From an uncultured bacterium (GTDB taxonomy: Bacteria > Babelota > Babeliae > Babelales > Vermiphilaceae), in the NCBI GenBank assembly GCA_963702025.1, contig OY969699.1, forward strand, positions 96,001 through 160,000: 64,000 nucleotides of DNA, given 5' to 3'. Of the stretch, positions 31,779-41,267 are shown in pieces. Each line of letters begins with the position of its first letter. Positions within the stretch are counted from its first letter, which is position 1. The notes below the pieces were generated by a model. It was not told the origin of the DNA and ran no database searches. It saw only the letters and a program-made list of their open reading frames with translations. Position numbers and translations under genes: made by a program.

Positions 31779-31817
31779 ATTTTTGATAGTTATTATTCTT
31801 CAAAGGATTAAAAATTT

Positions 31818-32324
31818 CTATTTTTCAACAGGGGGAAACTCTTCTTTCATTTCTTCAAGAAATTGTGTTCCACCTTCTATTTTTGACAATTCCTGAAGGG
31901 CTTGTTCCCGCAGTGAACGATATTTAAAAGATGTTCTTTCTTTAATCAATTGCGCAATTAAAGGATGGCTACGAGCGATTGCTATATCAGATGCCGTTAA
32001 TCCATAAGGATTTTTTAAATCAACCCGTGCCCCAGCTTTCAAAAGAAGTTCAGCAATTGGCAGATTTCCATAAAATGCTGCCCACATAAGAGGAGTTAAA
32101 GCATAGTATAAATTTCCTGCCGCATCTTTCGATCCAAAAGGTTCAGAAAAATTTACATCGAGTTGACCTTCAAGTAGAATTTTTTCAACCTCTCCCAAAT
32201 CATTTTTTCTAACAGCGGCACCAAGAGCGCTTTGTCTAGTGTTTATATTATTTTGGGGTAATTCCATTGCATCAATAAATGAAAAGCTTATCAACATTGT
32301 TGCGAAAATCATTTTCTTATTCAT
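31818..32324 (-). CDS. Secreted short ankyrin-repeat protein with BC-box-like tail
   Basis: SD AAGGAG; LTPLMWAAFYGN, GLTASDIA; tail YRSLREQALQEL. Confidence 0.88.
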   Translation of the reverse strand: MNKKMIFATMLISFSFIDAMELPQNNINTRQSALGAAVRKNDLGEVEKILLEGQLDVNFSEPFGSKDAAGNLYYALTPLMWAAFYGNLPIAELLLKAGARVDLKNPYGLTASDIAIARSHPLIAQLIKERTSFKYRSLREQALQELSKIEGGTQFLEEMKEEFPPVEK

Positions 32325-32606
32325 AAATACTCCTTTTAATGAAATAGTAGTATAAGCCAACTATTTGACTTATTTCTAATTGTAATTATACCAATAGATT
32401 AGAATAGTAGTCAATGGTTTAAACAAACAATCTATATATTCAGAATAGATTAAAAGGTGCTCTTTAGATCTTGTATCGCATAACAAAATTTTCTAAAGGC
32501 CTAAAGAACAACTTCTATCACCTTTACTTTTTTCTTTACTTCAAAATACAATTTGTGCTACTTTAAAATCAAATATTAAATTCGCACAAATAAGCAGGTA
32601 AACAAT

Positions 32607-33818
32607 ATGATTTACAAGCGGGATCTAACCAAAAAGCTAAAAAACATGGCCAAATTTCCCGTGGTTGCCCTTTTGGGGCCCCGTCAATCGGGGAAGACCA
32701 CGCTTGCAAGGAACCATTTTAAAAAATATGCCTATTTTTCTTTTGAAAATCCGATGACTCGGGAATTTGCCTTTTCTGATCCCGCACGTTTTTTAAGAGA
32801 AAGCGAAAATAAGCACGGCATAATTCTTGATGAATTCCAGCATGTTCCTCAAATTCTCTCCTATATCCAAATCATTGTTGATGAAAAAAAACGTCCGGGC
32901 TACTTTGTTCTTACCGGTTCTCAAAATTACTTAATGAATCAATCAATAACGCAATCACTTGCCGGCAGAGTTGGCATCCTCACCTTGCTTCCCCTTTCAC
33001 TTCATGAACTTCGCGAAAATAAACTCTGGGACGATAATATTGATTCATTGATGATAAAGGGCTTTTACCCACGTATCTATGCTGAAAAAATCGAGCCAGT
33101 TGATTTGTATCCCGCTTATATTCAAACCTACATAGAAAGAGACGTACGCCAATTAAGTAATATTGGCGATCTGCATACATTTCAAAAATTTATGGCTCTT
33201 TGTGCTGGCCGAATAGCCCAACAATTAAACCTTTCTGATATTGCGGCAAATTGTAGCATTAGTGTTCCAACTGCAACTAAATGGCTCTCTATCTTAGAGG
33301 CGGGCTATATTGTTTATCTCTTACCTCCTTATTTTAACAATTTCAGCAAACGTCTCACAAAAACACCAAAGCTCTATTTTTATGATACCGGTCTCGCTTG
33401 TAGTCTTTTAGGAATCACATCACCCACCATTATTGCGGCGAGCCCTTTCCGTGGTAGTCTTTTTGAAAATTTAGTTATCAGCGACCTATGCAAACAATAT
33501 TTTAACCAAGGTAAACGCCCTCCGCTCTACTTCTGGCGAGATCAAAACGGGAGAATAGAAATTGATTGCATTATAGATCAAGGAATCCAAACGATTCCGG
33601 TAGAAATTAAATCCTCTGAGACTACTACTTCTTCATTCCTTGATAATTTAGAACAATGGAATGAGTTATCAAAGAGCAATCCCGATAATAATTATCTTAT
33701 TTATGCCGGGCAGCGCTCTCAAAAAAGAAGCCGCGGAAACATAATCAGTTGGAATGACATGCCTGAAATAGTAGATAACTTATCAAAAAAACTAGAAAAA
33801 TCATTAAAGAAAAAGTAA
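32607..33818 (+). CDS. AAA_14 + DUF4143 ATP-binding protein
   Basis: GPRQSGKT, LDEFQ, LTGS, SLAGR, KLYFYDTGL, EIDC, PVEIK. Confidence 0.93.
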   Translation: MIYKRDLTKKLKNMAKFPVVALLGPRQSGKTTLARNHFKKYAYFSFENPMTREFAFSDPARFLRESENKHGIILDEFQHVPQILSYIQIIVDEKKRPGYFVLTGSQNYLMNQSITQSLAGRVGILTLLPLSLHELRENKLWDDNIDSLMIKGFYPRIYAEKIEPVDLYPAYIQTYIERDVRQLSNIGDLHTFQKFMALCAGRIAQQLNLSDIAANCSISVPTATKWLSILEAGYIVYLLPPYFNNFSKRLTKTPKLYFYDTGLACSLLGITSPTIIAASPFRGSLFENLVISDLCKQYFNQGKRPPLYFWRDQNGRIEIDCIIDQGIQTIPVEIKSSETTTSSFLDNLEQWNELSKSNPDNNYLIYAGQRSQKRSRGNIISWNDMPEIVDNLSKKLEKSLKKK

Positions 33819-33861
33819 AAGCTCATAAAAAAATAAGCACGTATAATTTTTAGGAGAACAT

Positions 33862-34545
33862 ATGAAAAAATTTATTGTAATAGCATTGGCATTATTAATA
33901 GCATTCGGTGCGTATCATCTTTATAAAGGCACCAGCACAGAAAAAATTTATTCAGTACCCGAAGCTGTTACCATCCTCAATGACGTTTATAAAGACACGA
34001 GTGGATTTTTAATCGGGACAGATGAGCGCCTGATGATTGAAAATAAGGGTGGCAATGCAACGTATGGCGAAATCTTACCACAATCAGTTGCGGTAATGCT
34101 CGCTGATCATCCGTTAACTAAAAAAGACGTTTTTTACGATTTGGGTTCAGGCACCGGCAAAGTGTGTGTGCAAGTGGCACTAACAACCCCCGCGCGCGCT
34201 GTTGGCGTTGAACTTTCATCATCGCGTCACAAAATAGCCCAAGCGGCACGACAAGAATTGCTTGATAAGAAAATTATGAGTGATCCGCGCAAATTAACAT
34301 TCATTGAAGATGATATTCTTGCTGTTGATCTGAGTGATGCAACCATTATCTTTTTATGTTCAACCTGTTTTTCTGAAGAATTGATGCAAAAATTAGTAGA
34401 AAAGATTGCTGCTATTAAACACCCGGCGAGAGTTTTCACTTTAAAAAAATTACCTCCTCAGGATCTTTTTAAAGAAGGCAAAACATATCATTTGCCAATG
34501 ACCTGGTCGGATAATACTGCCGTTCACAGTTATGAATTACTCTGA
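33862..34545 (+). CDS. DOT1-like class I SAM methyltransferase with N-terminal signal/anchor
   Basis: TYGEIL, DVFYDLGSGTGKV..QVAL, GVELS..R, ATIIFL. Confidence 0.8.
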   Translation: MKKFIVIALALLIAFGAYHLYKGTSTEKIYSVPEAVTILNDVYKDTSGFLIGTDERLMIENKGGNATYGEILPQSVAVMLADHPLTKKDVFYDLGSGTGKVCVQVALTTPARAVGVELSSSRHKIAQAARQELLDKKIMSDPRKLTFIEDDILAVDLSDATIIFLCSTCFSEELMQKLVEKIAAIKHPARVFTLKKLPPQDLFKEGKTYHLPMTWSDNTAVHSYELL

Positions 34546-34997
34546 AATTTTTCTTCTAAAATCTGTGCGTGAGCCCTGATAAATTCTTGTTTGCTGATAA
34601 CCGTTTGGCACAGCATCCAACCACTGCTTGTCGCATAAAAATGTGGTGCGTTACATTTTGTATTGGCATCGATTATCACAACGGATTTATTCGATGGGTT
34701 ATAATGCGCGTAAACAGCAAGAATAATTTCTTTTAAGTTTTGCACAGATGCACTATTTTTTTGTTCGGCCCCGCCACATAGTTCCGCGCCACCATCAATA
34801 GTTGTTTCAATTACTGCCATATCGCCTTCTGATTTGCAGTCAAAGCTCACTGAGCTTGCTTCACTAGAATGGTGGATCCCATATCTGTTTTGCCAATATG
34901 CACGGAGAATCTCATGCGAAATATAAGGAAGAGCAACTGAACATTGGACGGTGAAAAGCAAAAGAAAAGCAACAAAAAAATGTTTATTGGTAACCAT
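34530..34997 (-). CDS. Secreted hypothetical protein (paralog of upstream gene)
   Basis: Signal peptide; VIETT..G and GWMLCQT motifs shared with 34984..35601. Confidence 0.7.
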   Translation of the reverse strand: MVTNKHFFVAFLLLFTVQCSVALPYISHEILRAYWQNRYGIHHSSEASSVSFDCKSEGDMAVIETTIDGGAELCGGAEQKNSASVQNLKEIILAVYAHYNPSNKSVVIIDANTKCNAPHFYATSSGWMLCQTVISKQEFIRAHAQILEEKFQSNS

Positions 34998-35601
34998 TTT
35001 TTTCCTTTTTAATTTTTTCTACAAGCTCATTGAACACTGCCTTTGGCATGCGTGTTTCACACATGAGCCAGCCCCGATTTGTATCATATAAGACGCGAGG
35101 AAATGCCACGGTGTAATCATCAATCACAAGGGCCACACTTTTATGATCATATTGTGGCAGTTGATTTGTTAGTTCTCTAAAACGGTTTCCAGCTGTGGTT
35201 AAAAAAGTATCAACAGCATGAACTATTTTGCCGCTTATTAATTTTTTTTCATTTGCGAGCATTACTGCTTTAGTATTATCAAAAGTATCTTTTTGTCCCC
35301 ATACGGTAGTTTCAAGAACAACATAATCATGAGTATTTTCTTTTATTTCGCAATCTACATTTGGCAGTGCGATAAAGGTTGCAAGGCTTGTTGAATGGGG
35401 CGGCTGACCATACTTTTCCAGATATGCTTCAAGGTAGCGGGTCATGATCTTCATGCTGAGCTTATCATTTTTTTCCGGCAGAGCTATTTCTATTCTGCCC
35501 GCTTGGCGATCTAGCCGCGCAAACATTATCGTTGCAGAGTAACACGATGCAAAGATAAATACAGCAGACACGAGAAAAGTTCCGATAAAATACCGATTCA
35601 T
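34984..35601 (-). CDS. Secreted hypothetical protein
   Basis: Signal peptide from MNRYF; VLETTVWG, GWLMCET. Confidence 0.72.
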   Translation of the reverse strand: MNRYFIGTFLVSAVFIFASCYSATIMFARLDRQAGRIEIALPEKNDKLSMKIMTRYLEAYLEKYGQPPHSTSLATFIALPNVDCEIKENTHDYVVLETTVWGQKDTFDNTKAVMLANEKKLISGKIVHAVDTFLTTAGNRFRELTNQLPQYDHKSVALVIDDYTVAFPRVLYDTNRGWLMCETRMPKAVFNELVEKIKKEKNGYQ

Positions 35602-35639
35602 TAAAGCCTCACAAGTAAAAAGAAATTTTTTAGAATAAC

Positions 35640-36161
35640 TCAACTAGCTTCTTCAGCGGGAACCTGGGCTGTTTCCATTTCAGCTTCGCGTCCCATTTTT
35701 TTGACTGCTTCATCAAGAATGCCATTCACAAATTTATAGGCATCACGCTCTGCAAAACATTTGGCAAGTTCTATCGCTTCATTTAAGACAATATTTGCCG
35801 ATGTTTTAGTGTTATATAATTCCCACAATGCCAAGCGCAAAATCAATTTGGTGCAGACGCCAATGCGATCGAAGCGCCAGTTATGCAATAATGGTTTAAT
35901 TGCGTCATCAAGCATTTGACGATTTTCAATCACACTCTGCGCAACCTTAAACACTTCACTATCAAATGGTATTGCGATATTAAATCCGCGATTAAAATTA
36001 TCAACAACGCCCTGCAGCGATACATCGTAGTCAAAGGCATCCATCGCATACAATAAATGAAAGATTAACGAACGTACTTCTCGTCGTGACAAATCATTAT
36101 AAGAAAAGGTTTGATCAAGGATATTCGGTTCATCCTGACGCACATCAACACAACCATTCAT
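35640..36161 (-). CDS. nusB: Transcription antitermination factor NusB
   Basis: ILRLALWEL, NEAIELAK.F, FVNGILD. Confidence 0.95.
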   Translation of the reverse strand: MNGCVDVRQDEPNILDQTFSYNDLSRREVRSLIFHLLYAMDAFDYDVSLQGVVDNFNRGFNIAIPFDSEVFKVAQSVIENRQMLDDAIKPLLHNWRFDRIGVCTKLILRLALWELYNTKTSANIVLNEAIELAKCFAERDAYKFVNGILDEAVKKMGREAEMETAQVPAEEAS

Positions 36162-36181
36162 AGCGACCCCATTCGGTAAAT

Positions 36182-36751
36182 TTATTTTTTAACTCGTTCT
36201 AAATATGCTGAGGTGCGTGAATCAATTTTTAATACGTCACCCTCATTAATAAAAAGAGGAACTTGAATCACAAGACCTGTTTCTAGCGTTGCAGGCTTAC
36301 TTCCTGCCCCCTGTGCTGTATCGCCACGAACACCCGGAGGGGTTTCTTTAACTTCTAGTTCCATAAATAGAGGAGGGGTAACCGCGATTGGCTTATCGGA
36401 GAAATATAAGACTGTATAAACAATCTGTTCTTTAAGAAAATCGAGCACTTCTTCAACCTGACTTTCAGTTAGGATAACCTGCTCATAAGACTCTTGATCC
36501 ATGAAGTTATAATCGTTGCCTTCTTTGTATAAATACTGCATTTGGCGGTATTCAAGATTAGGATCGGGGAACTTTTCACCTGAGCGGAAGAGCTCCTCAT
36601 GAACAAGACCGGTTAAAAGGTTTTTCATCTTCGTGCGAACGAAAGCGCCACCTTTTCCCGGCTTTACGTGATGATATTCAATAACCATATATGGAGCGTC
36701 ACGAAATAATATTTTAGCGCCCTTGCGAAAATCAGAAGTAGAAATCACCAT
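36182..36751 (-). CDS. efp: Elongation factor P
   Basis: HVKPGKGGAFVRTK, PGVRGDT, KPATLETG..IQVPLFI. Confidence 0.98.
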   Translation of the reverse strand: MVISTSDFRKGAKILFRDAPYMVIEYHHVKPGKGGAFVRTKMKNLLTGLVHEELFRSGEKFPDPNLEYRQMQYLYKEGNDYNFMDQESYEQVILTESQVEEVLDFLKEQIVYTVLYFSDKPIAVTPPLFMELEVKETPPGVRGDTAQGAGSKPATLETGLVIQVPLFINEGDVLKIDSRTSAYLERVKK

Positions 36752-36931
36752 TAATCCTTACTATAAAAGAACAATTTTTTATGGTAATTATCAGTATAGA
36801 AAGCCAAATAAAAATTGCAATTAATTCTTACGCCCGATCCAAGTGGCCAATTCGTTATTTTATTGACAAAGTGAAATAAAAAGAGATAGAAGGGATTTGC
36901 AAGATGCTATAGACTAAGAGATTATCAGAAA

Positions 36932-37056
36932 ATTTAGCTACCAAAAAAATGACTCTCCCGCTCGCCCTGAGCTTGTCGAAGGGAGCGAGCTTACCTGATG
37001 CCGCTCGAATGGTTCGACAAGCTCACCACGAGCGGTTTTTTTAGTTTTTGGCTAAA
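36932..37056. repeat. REP/REPIN-like inverted-repeat element upstream of glyA
   Basis: CCGCTCGCCCTGAGCTTGTCGAA ... TTCGACAAGCTCACCACGAGCGG, with outer TTTAGC..AAAAA / TTTTTGGCTAAA arms. Confidence 0.8.
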
Positions 37057-37093
37057 CTCTAAAGTAAAAAAACCTTAAAAGTGAGAAGATCCT

Positions 37094-38329
37094 ATGCCAA
37101 CCCTTAATGTAATTGACCCGGAACTCTATAGCATTATTCACCAAGAAGAGTTGCGTCAAAAAAATCAGATAAGCTTAATTGCTTCAGAAAACTATGCGTC
37201 TCAAGCAGTTCTTGATGCATCTGGATCAGTGCTTACCAATAAATATGCCGAAGGATATCCGGGTAAACGATATTATGCAGGCTGCGCCTTGGTTGATCAA
37301 GCAGAACTGGTTGCCATCCATCGCTGCAAACAACTGTTTGGCGCAGAGCACGTTAATGTGCAACCCCATGCCGGGTCTCAAGCAAATATGGCAGTCTACT
37401 TTTCCATACTAAAACCGGGTGACACTATTTTAGGCATGAGTTTGGCAGAAGGAGGACATCTCACGCATGGCCATTCGGTTAACTTTTCAGGATCTTTATA
37501 TAAAGCAGTTTCCTACGGGGTCAACAAAGATACTGAACTGCTCGATTATGATCAGCTGGCAAAACTTGCCCAAGAATATAAACCAAAACTCATTATTGCC
37601 GGCGCTTCAGCTTATTCTCGAATTATCGATTTTACGCGAATCGCGCGCATTGCTCAAGAAAACAATTCTTACTTTATGGCCGACATTGCCCACATTGCCG
37701 GGCTCATTGCGGCTGAGTTGCACCCCAGCCCAATTGCAGAAGCCGATTTTGTTACGAGCACAACGCATAAAACATTGCGTGGGCCACGAGGTGGCCTTAT
37801 CATGTGCAAATCCAAGCACGCGGCATCCATTGATAGAGCAATAATGCCCGGCATGCAAGGCGGACCATTTATGAATATGATTGCCGCCAAAGCCGTTGCA
37901 TTTCAAGAGGCGCTCCAACCAAATTTTATTTCCTACCAAAAACAGACAATTAAAAATGCGCAAGATATGGCCAATGCCTTGCAAGACCTAGGATATCGTA
38001 TTGTTACCGGCGGCACTGATAACCATTTATTTATTGTTGATTTACAGTCAAAAAAAATCACCGGCAAAGCAGCTGAGGCAGCGCTGGAAAAAGCGGGGAT
38101 AATCGTAAGCCGTAGTTGCATTCCCAACGATCCTCAAAAACCGGGAATCACGAGCGGCTTTCGCATCGGGACACCGGCCTTAACCACCCGTGGCGTGGCG
38201 AATAAAGAAGATATCCAATCTGTGGCTCAACTGATTAATGATGTAATAAAAAATCATGACAATGATATGCTCCTCAAATCAATTGAAGAACAGGTGAGCA
38301 TTTTTTGCAGCAAATATCCGATTTATTAA
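37094..38329 (+). CDS. glyA: Serine hydroxymethyltransferase
   Basis: LIASEN, NKYAEGYPGKRYY, GGHLTHG, TTHKTLRGPRGG. Confidence 0.98.
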   Translation: MPTLNVIDPELYSIIHQEELRQKNQISLIASENYASQAVLDASGSVLTNKYAEGYPGKRYYAGCALVDQAELVAIHRCKQLFGAEHVNVQPHAGSQANMAVYFSILKPGDTILGMSLAEGGHLTHGHSVNFSGSLYKAVSYGVNKDTELLDYDQLAKLAQEYKPKLIIAGASAYSRIIDFTRIARIAQENNSYFMADIAHIAGLIAAELHPSPIAEADFVTSTTHKTLRGPRGGLIMCKSKHAASIDRAIMPGMQGGPFMNMIAAKAVAFQEALQPNFISYQKQTIKNAQDMANALQDLGYRIVTGGTDNHLFIVDLQSKKITGKAAEAALEKAGIIVSRSCIPNDPQKPGITSGFRIGTPALTTRGVANKEDIQSVAQLINDVIKNHDNDMLLKSIEEQVSIFCSKYPIY

Positions 38330-39102
38330 AACACGTAGCGGATCGCAGCCGTGATAGGAAATCGTATTTCGGTGCCGATTTTGCCAATCGTAAGCGAAGT
38401 AAAGGTAGAGATAGGGACGCTTAATGCAATGTTATCACCAACTTTGGCACTTTGCGAGACAACAACCTCTGCGGTTACAACAAAGAACCAGTTTCTCCAA
38501 ATATGTATATCAAGCCCACCGTTAATACCGCCGGCAATTGACGTATTCCGTTTAAAAAAATCGATATTATCAACAGTGGTTACCGTTGAACCAACAACTA
38601 TCGCCGCTTCCAAATGGGTGCCACTATGATGCGTTAACCCTATTTTTGCGCCAAAAAACGGGTGGGCCCAATTGCAAAAGCAATAATCCCAATAATACCT
38701 GCCGCCAATATAGGCATCAAATAATCGATAGTTATGCGATGCAATCATGGCAGGCAAACGCGGTACCGATGCGGTTACAATTGCTTCTTGGTCCTTACCA
38801 CGGGCCTGAACATAATTAATTTCGCCATAAAAACGAATAGTGTCCGACCAAGCATATCCCACTTGACCGCCCACGGTCCAAGCAGTATGAAATAAGGTAC
38901 TAAAATGGGGCGATTCGAATAATGCGAGCGCAGATGTTACCGCCGGAAAGGTGAATGGCGCAAGATTCTCTTCATAACCGTGGCGCCACACTATCGGCAC
39001 CACACCGGCTTGGAATTGAACATCCAAGTGTCCGCAATCAAGCGGCCGGCCCAAAACAATTCCGGATATTAGTAACAACAAAGAATATTTTATGATTTTC
39101 AT
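38326..39102 (-). CDS. Cys-containing outer-membrane beta-barrel protein, family A paralog 1
   Basis: Signal peptide; W.VGGQVGYA.SD..R.Y.E.NY.QA; ends EIRFPITAAIRYVF. Confidence 0.8.
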   Translation of the reverse strand: MKIIKYSLLLLISGIVLGRPLDCGHLDVQFQAGVVPIVWRHGYEENLAPFTFPAVTSALALFESPHFSTLFHTAWTVGGQVGYAWSDTIRFYGEINYVQARGKDQEAIVTASVPRLPAMIASHNYRLFDAYIGGRYYWDYCFCNWAHPFFGAKIGLTHHSGTHLEAAIVVGSTVTTVDNIDFFKRNTSIAGGINGGLDIHIWRNWFFVVTAEVVVSQSAKVGDNIALSVPISTFTSLTIGKIGTEIRFPITAAIRYVF

Positions 39103-39139
39103 GAGCCTCTCCTTAGTAGATAACAACCTACTTGTGCTT

Positions 39140-39169
39140 AAAATACGAAAAGCAGCGCAAGAAAATCAA
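39140..39169 (-). promoter_or_regulatory. Promoter of OMP paralog 1
   Basis: TTGATT-N18-TATTTT. Confidence 0.5.
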
Positions 39170-39185
39170 GAAGAGTTTTTTGCTC

Positions 39186-39217
39186 AAAAAAGAAGGCACC
39201 AAAATTGGTGCCTTCTT
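39186..39217 (-). terminator. Terminator after OMP paralog 2
   Basis: AAGAAGGCACCAA-TTGGTGCCTTCTT + T tract. Confidence 0.8.
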
Positions 39218-39237
39218 GAATAGTTTTTCTAAATTGA

Positions 39238-40098
39238 TTAGAAGCTATATCTTACTGCTGCAGTTACTGGGAAGCGCAACTCAGTACCAATAGCTCCTGG
39301 AAGAACATTGCTAATTGAAGCGAATGAAGTTGTAAGAGGAATGTTGTTCACATTTCTTGGACCACATGAAGCAACTACTTCACCGGTTACAACAAATGAC
39401 CAATTGCCGCAGAAACACACATCAAAACCAACGTTTCCGCCACCGCTTACTACGGTATTACTTCTAAATATATTTGTATCGGCGAGTGGAAGATTTGCAA
39501 CTGTTGGCGCTGCAAGAATAATATCGGCATTTGTTCGTTTGTGATGCGTTAAACCGACTTTTCCACCCAGGAAGAATGAAACACGATCACACCAGCGATC
39601 CCAATAATACCGAGCTCCTACATACGCATCAAATATTTTGTATTTGTGGAATGAGAATGTTCCGGTTACGACACTGTTGAAATCAGTAGGAATTAATACT
39701 GAATCTTTACCTTTAGCTTGTGAATAATTAAATTCTAAATATACACGGGTATTATCTGAAAATGCATAACCAACTTGTCCACCAACAATCCACGGTATTC
39801 TAAACAGCTTGCGGAACTTTGGAACATTGTCGTAAATCACGGCTACAGGGCTAGCGGCAGGAGCCAGACTACAATCTACGCCTAAGATTTGATCCCTGTT
39901 ACGCCAGAGAATTGGATTCACGCCACCCTGCACTTGCAAGTCCCATGCGCCGCAATACAACGGATTGCATCCGCATTCATAGCATGATGATTCACAACAT
40001 CCGCCATCATCAGCATATTCGCGGGTAGCTTGAGCTGTGCCAACCACCGCGGTTGCCAATAAAAGAATTGATAAATATTTTGCAGTAAATAATTTCAT
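39238..40098 (-). CDS. Cys-rich outer-membrane beta-barrel protein, family A paralog 2
   Basis: CCESSCYECGCNPLYCGAWD; RYYWDRWCDR; ends RYSF. Confidence 0.82.
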   Translation of the reverse strand: MKLFTAKYLSILLLATAVVGTAQATREYADDGGCCESSCYECGCNPLYCGAWDLQVQGGVNPILWRNRDQILGVDCSLAPAASPVAVIYDNVPKFRKLFRIPWIVGGQVGYAFSDNTRVYLEFNYSQAKGKDSVLIPTDFNSVVTGTFSFHKYKIFDAYVGARYYWDRWCDRVSFFLGGKVGLTHHKRTNADIILAAPTVANLPLADTNIFRSNTVVSGGGNVGFDVCFCGNWSFVVTGEVVASCGPRNVNNIPLTTSFASISNVLPGAIGTELRFPVTAAVRYSF

Positions 40099-40143
40099 AT
40101 TTTCTCCCTTAGAATTGGTTAAATGATACTGCAACCACGCCTA

Positions 40144-40173
40144 AGATTACCCTGAATTGTCAGAAAAAATCAA
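40144..40173 (-). promoter_or_regulatory. Promoter of OMP paralog 2
   Basis: TTGATT-N18-TAATCT. Confidence 0.6.
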
Positions 40174-40231
40174 GCTTTATTTAAATTCTACCACCGTACT
40201 GGATTTTTTTCTGACAATTTCAGTAGAGAAA

Positions 40232-41110
40232 TTAAAATGTATAACGAGCCCCTACCGTGATTGGGAAGCGCAATTCCGTACCGATAGAACCAAATATGAG
40301 ATTATTAATACCAGGAACCACTAACGGTGCTGGATTGCAACCGGCATTCTGACCAAATGCGATAGTATCGCCACTTCTTGGTCCACAATTTGCAACTACT
40401 TCGCCAACGATCATTAGATTCCAACAATTGCACATGCAAACATCTAAGCCAATGCTTAAACCACCGCTTACTTTAGTATTTTTATCAAAAAAAGGTTGAT
40501 CGGTAACAAACGCAACCGCCGCTGCCGGAGGTATAGCGAGAGTAGAGCTGAATTTTATACGTTGATGATGCATTGCACCAACTTTTGCGCCAAGAAACAC
40601 CGAATATCTGTCGCACCAGCGATCAAAGAAATATTGGAATCCAAGGTAGCCATCGTAGAGCTTATACTTGTGCAGATCAAAGACCAATGTTGATGCCGGT
40701 GATTGAAGAGTTTGGAACGATTCATCATGTTTGCCGCTGGCTTGAACATAATTAAATTCAGCATAAATACGAATATTATCAGAAATTGCATAACCAACTT
40801 GACCACCAATGGTCCATGGCACATGGAATAATTTAAAGAAACGAGGTGTTTTTAAAAATTGAACCACCGGATTAGCGCCGGCAACGTTGGTGCATTGAAT
40901 GGCAGAAATGTAACCACGGTGTTCCCACAATATCGGCACCACACCACCATGAACTTGAAGATCGAAAGCGCCACACGCCAACGGAATCTCAGAACAAGTG
41001 TAGCCACAACAAACCGGTTCACATTCCCGGCAATCAGAATCGGCAAGAAGAGGGGCAGCAAAAAAAAGCGCCAGCGCTAAAATACTGCTTTTATACATTG
41101 CAAACTTCAT
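40232..41110 (-). CDS. Cys-rich outer-membrane beta-barrel protein, family A paralog 3
   Basis: Same scaffold motifs; ends RYTF. Confidence 0.82.
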   Translation of the reverse strand: MKFAMYKSSILALALFFAAPLLADSDCRECEPVCCGYTCSEIPLACGAFDLQVHGGVVPILWEHRGYISAIQCTNVAGANPVVQFLKTPRFFKLFHVPWTIGGQVGYAISDNIRIYAEFNYVQASGKHDESFQTLQSPASTLVFDLHKYKLYDGYLGFQYFFDRWCDRYSVFLGAKVGAMHHQRIKFSSTLAIPPAAAVAFVTDQPFFDKNTKVSGGLSIGLDVCMCNCWNLMIVGEVVANCGPRSGDTIAFGQNAGCNPAPLVVPGINNLIFGSIGTELRFPITVGARYTF

Positions 41111-41156
41111 ACAATCTCCTTAATAAGGTTTTTATCTCTTTTTGAGTAGCATTTTA

Positions 41157-41186
41157 ATACTAGCTTCATTACCAAAAAAAAATCAA
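41157..41186 (-). promoter_or_regulatory. Promoter of OMP paralog 3 with T9 tract
   Basis: TTGATT-N18-TAGTAT. Confidence 0.6.
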
Positions 41187-41211
41187 GTCTTAAAAAAATT
41201 TGTTCAAAAAC

Positions 41212-41245
41212 AAAAAAAAGGCATTGAATTTCTCAATGCCTTTTT
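41212..41245 (-). terminator. Terminator after OMP paralog 4
   Basis: AAAAAGGCATTGA-TCAATGCCTTTTT. Confidence 0.8.
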
Positions 41246-41267
41246 AGTTTTTGTTGGCAATTAGATT

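Noticed and set aside
32607..33818. AAA-DUF4143 protein as part of a defence system
   Set aside because: Common standalone family with no partner genes here
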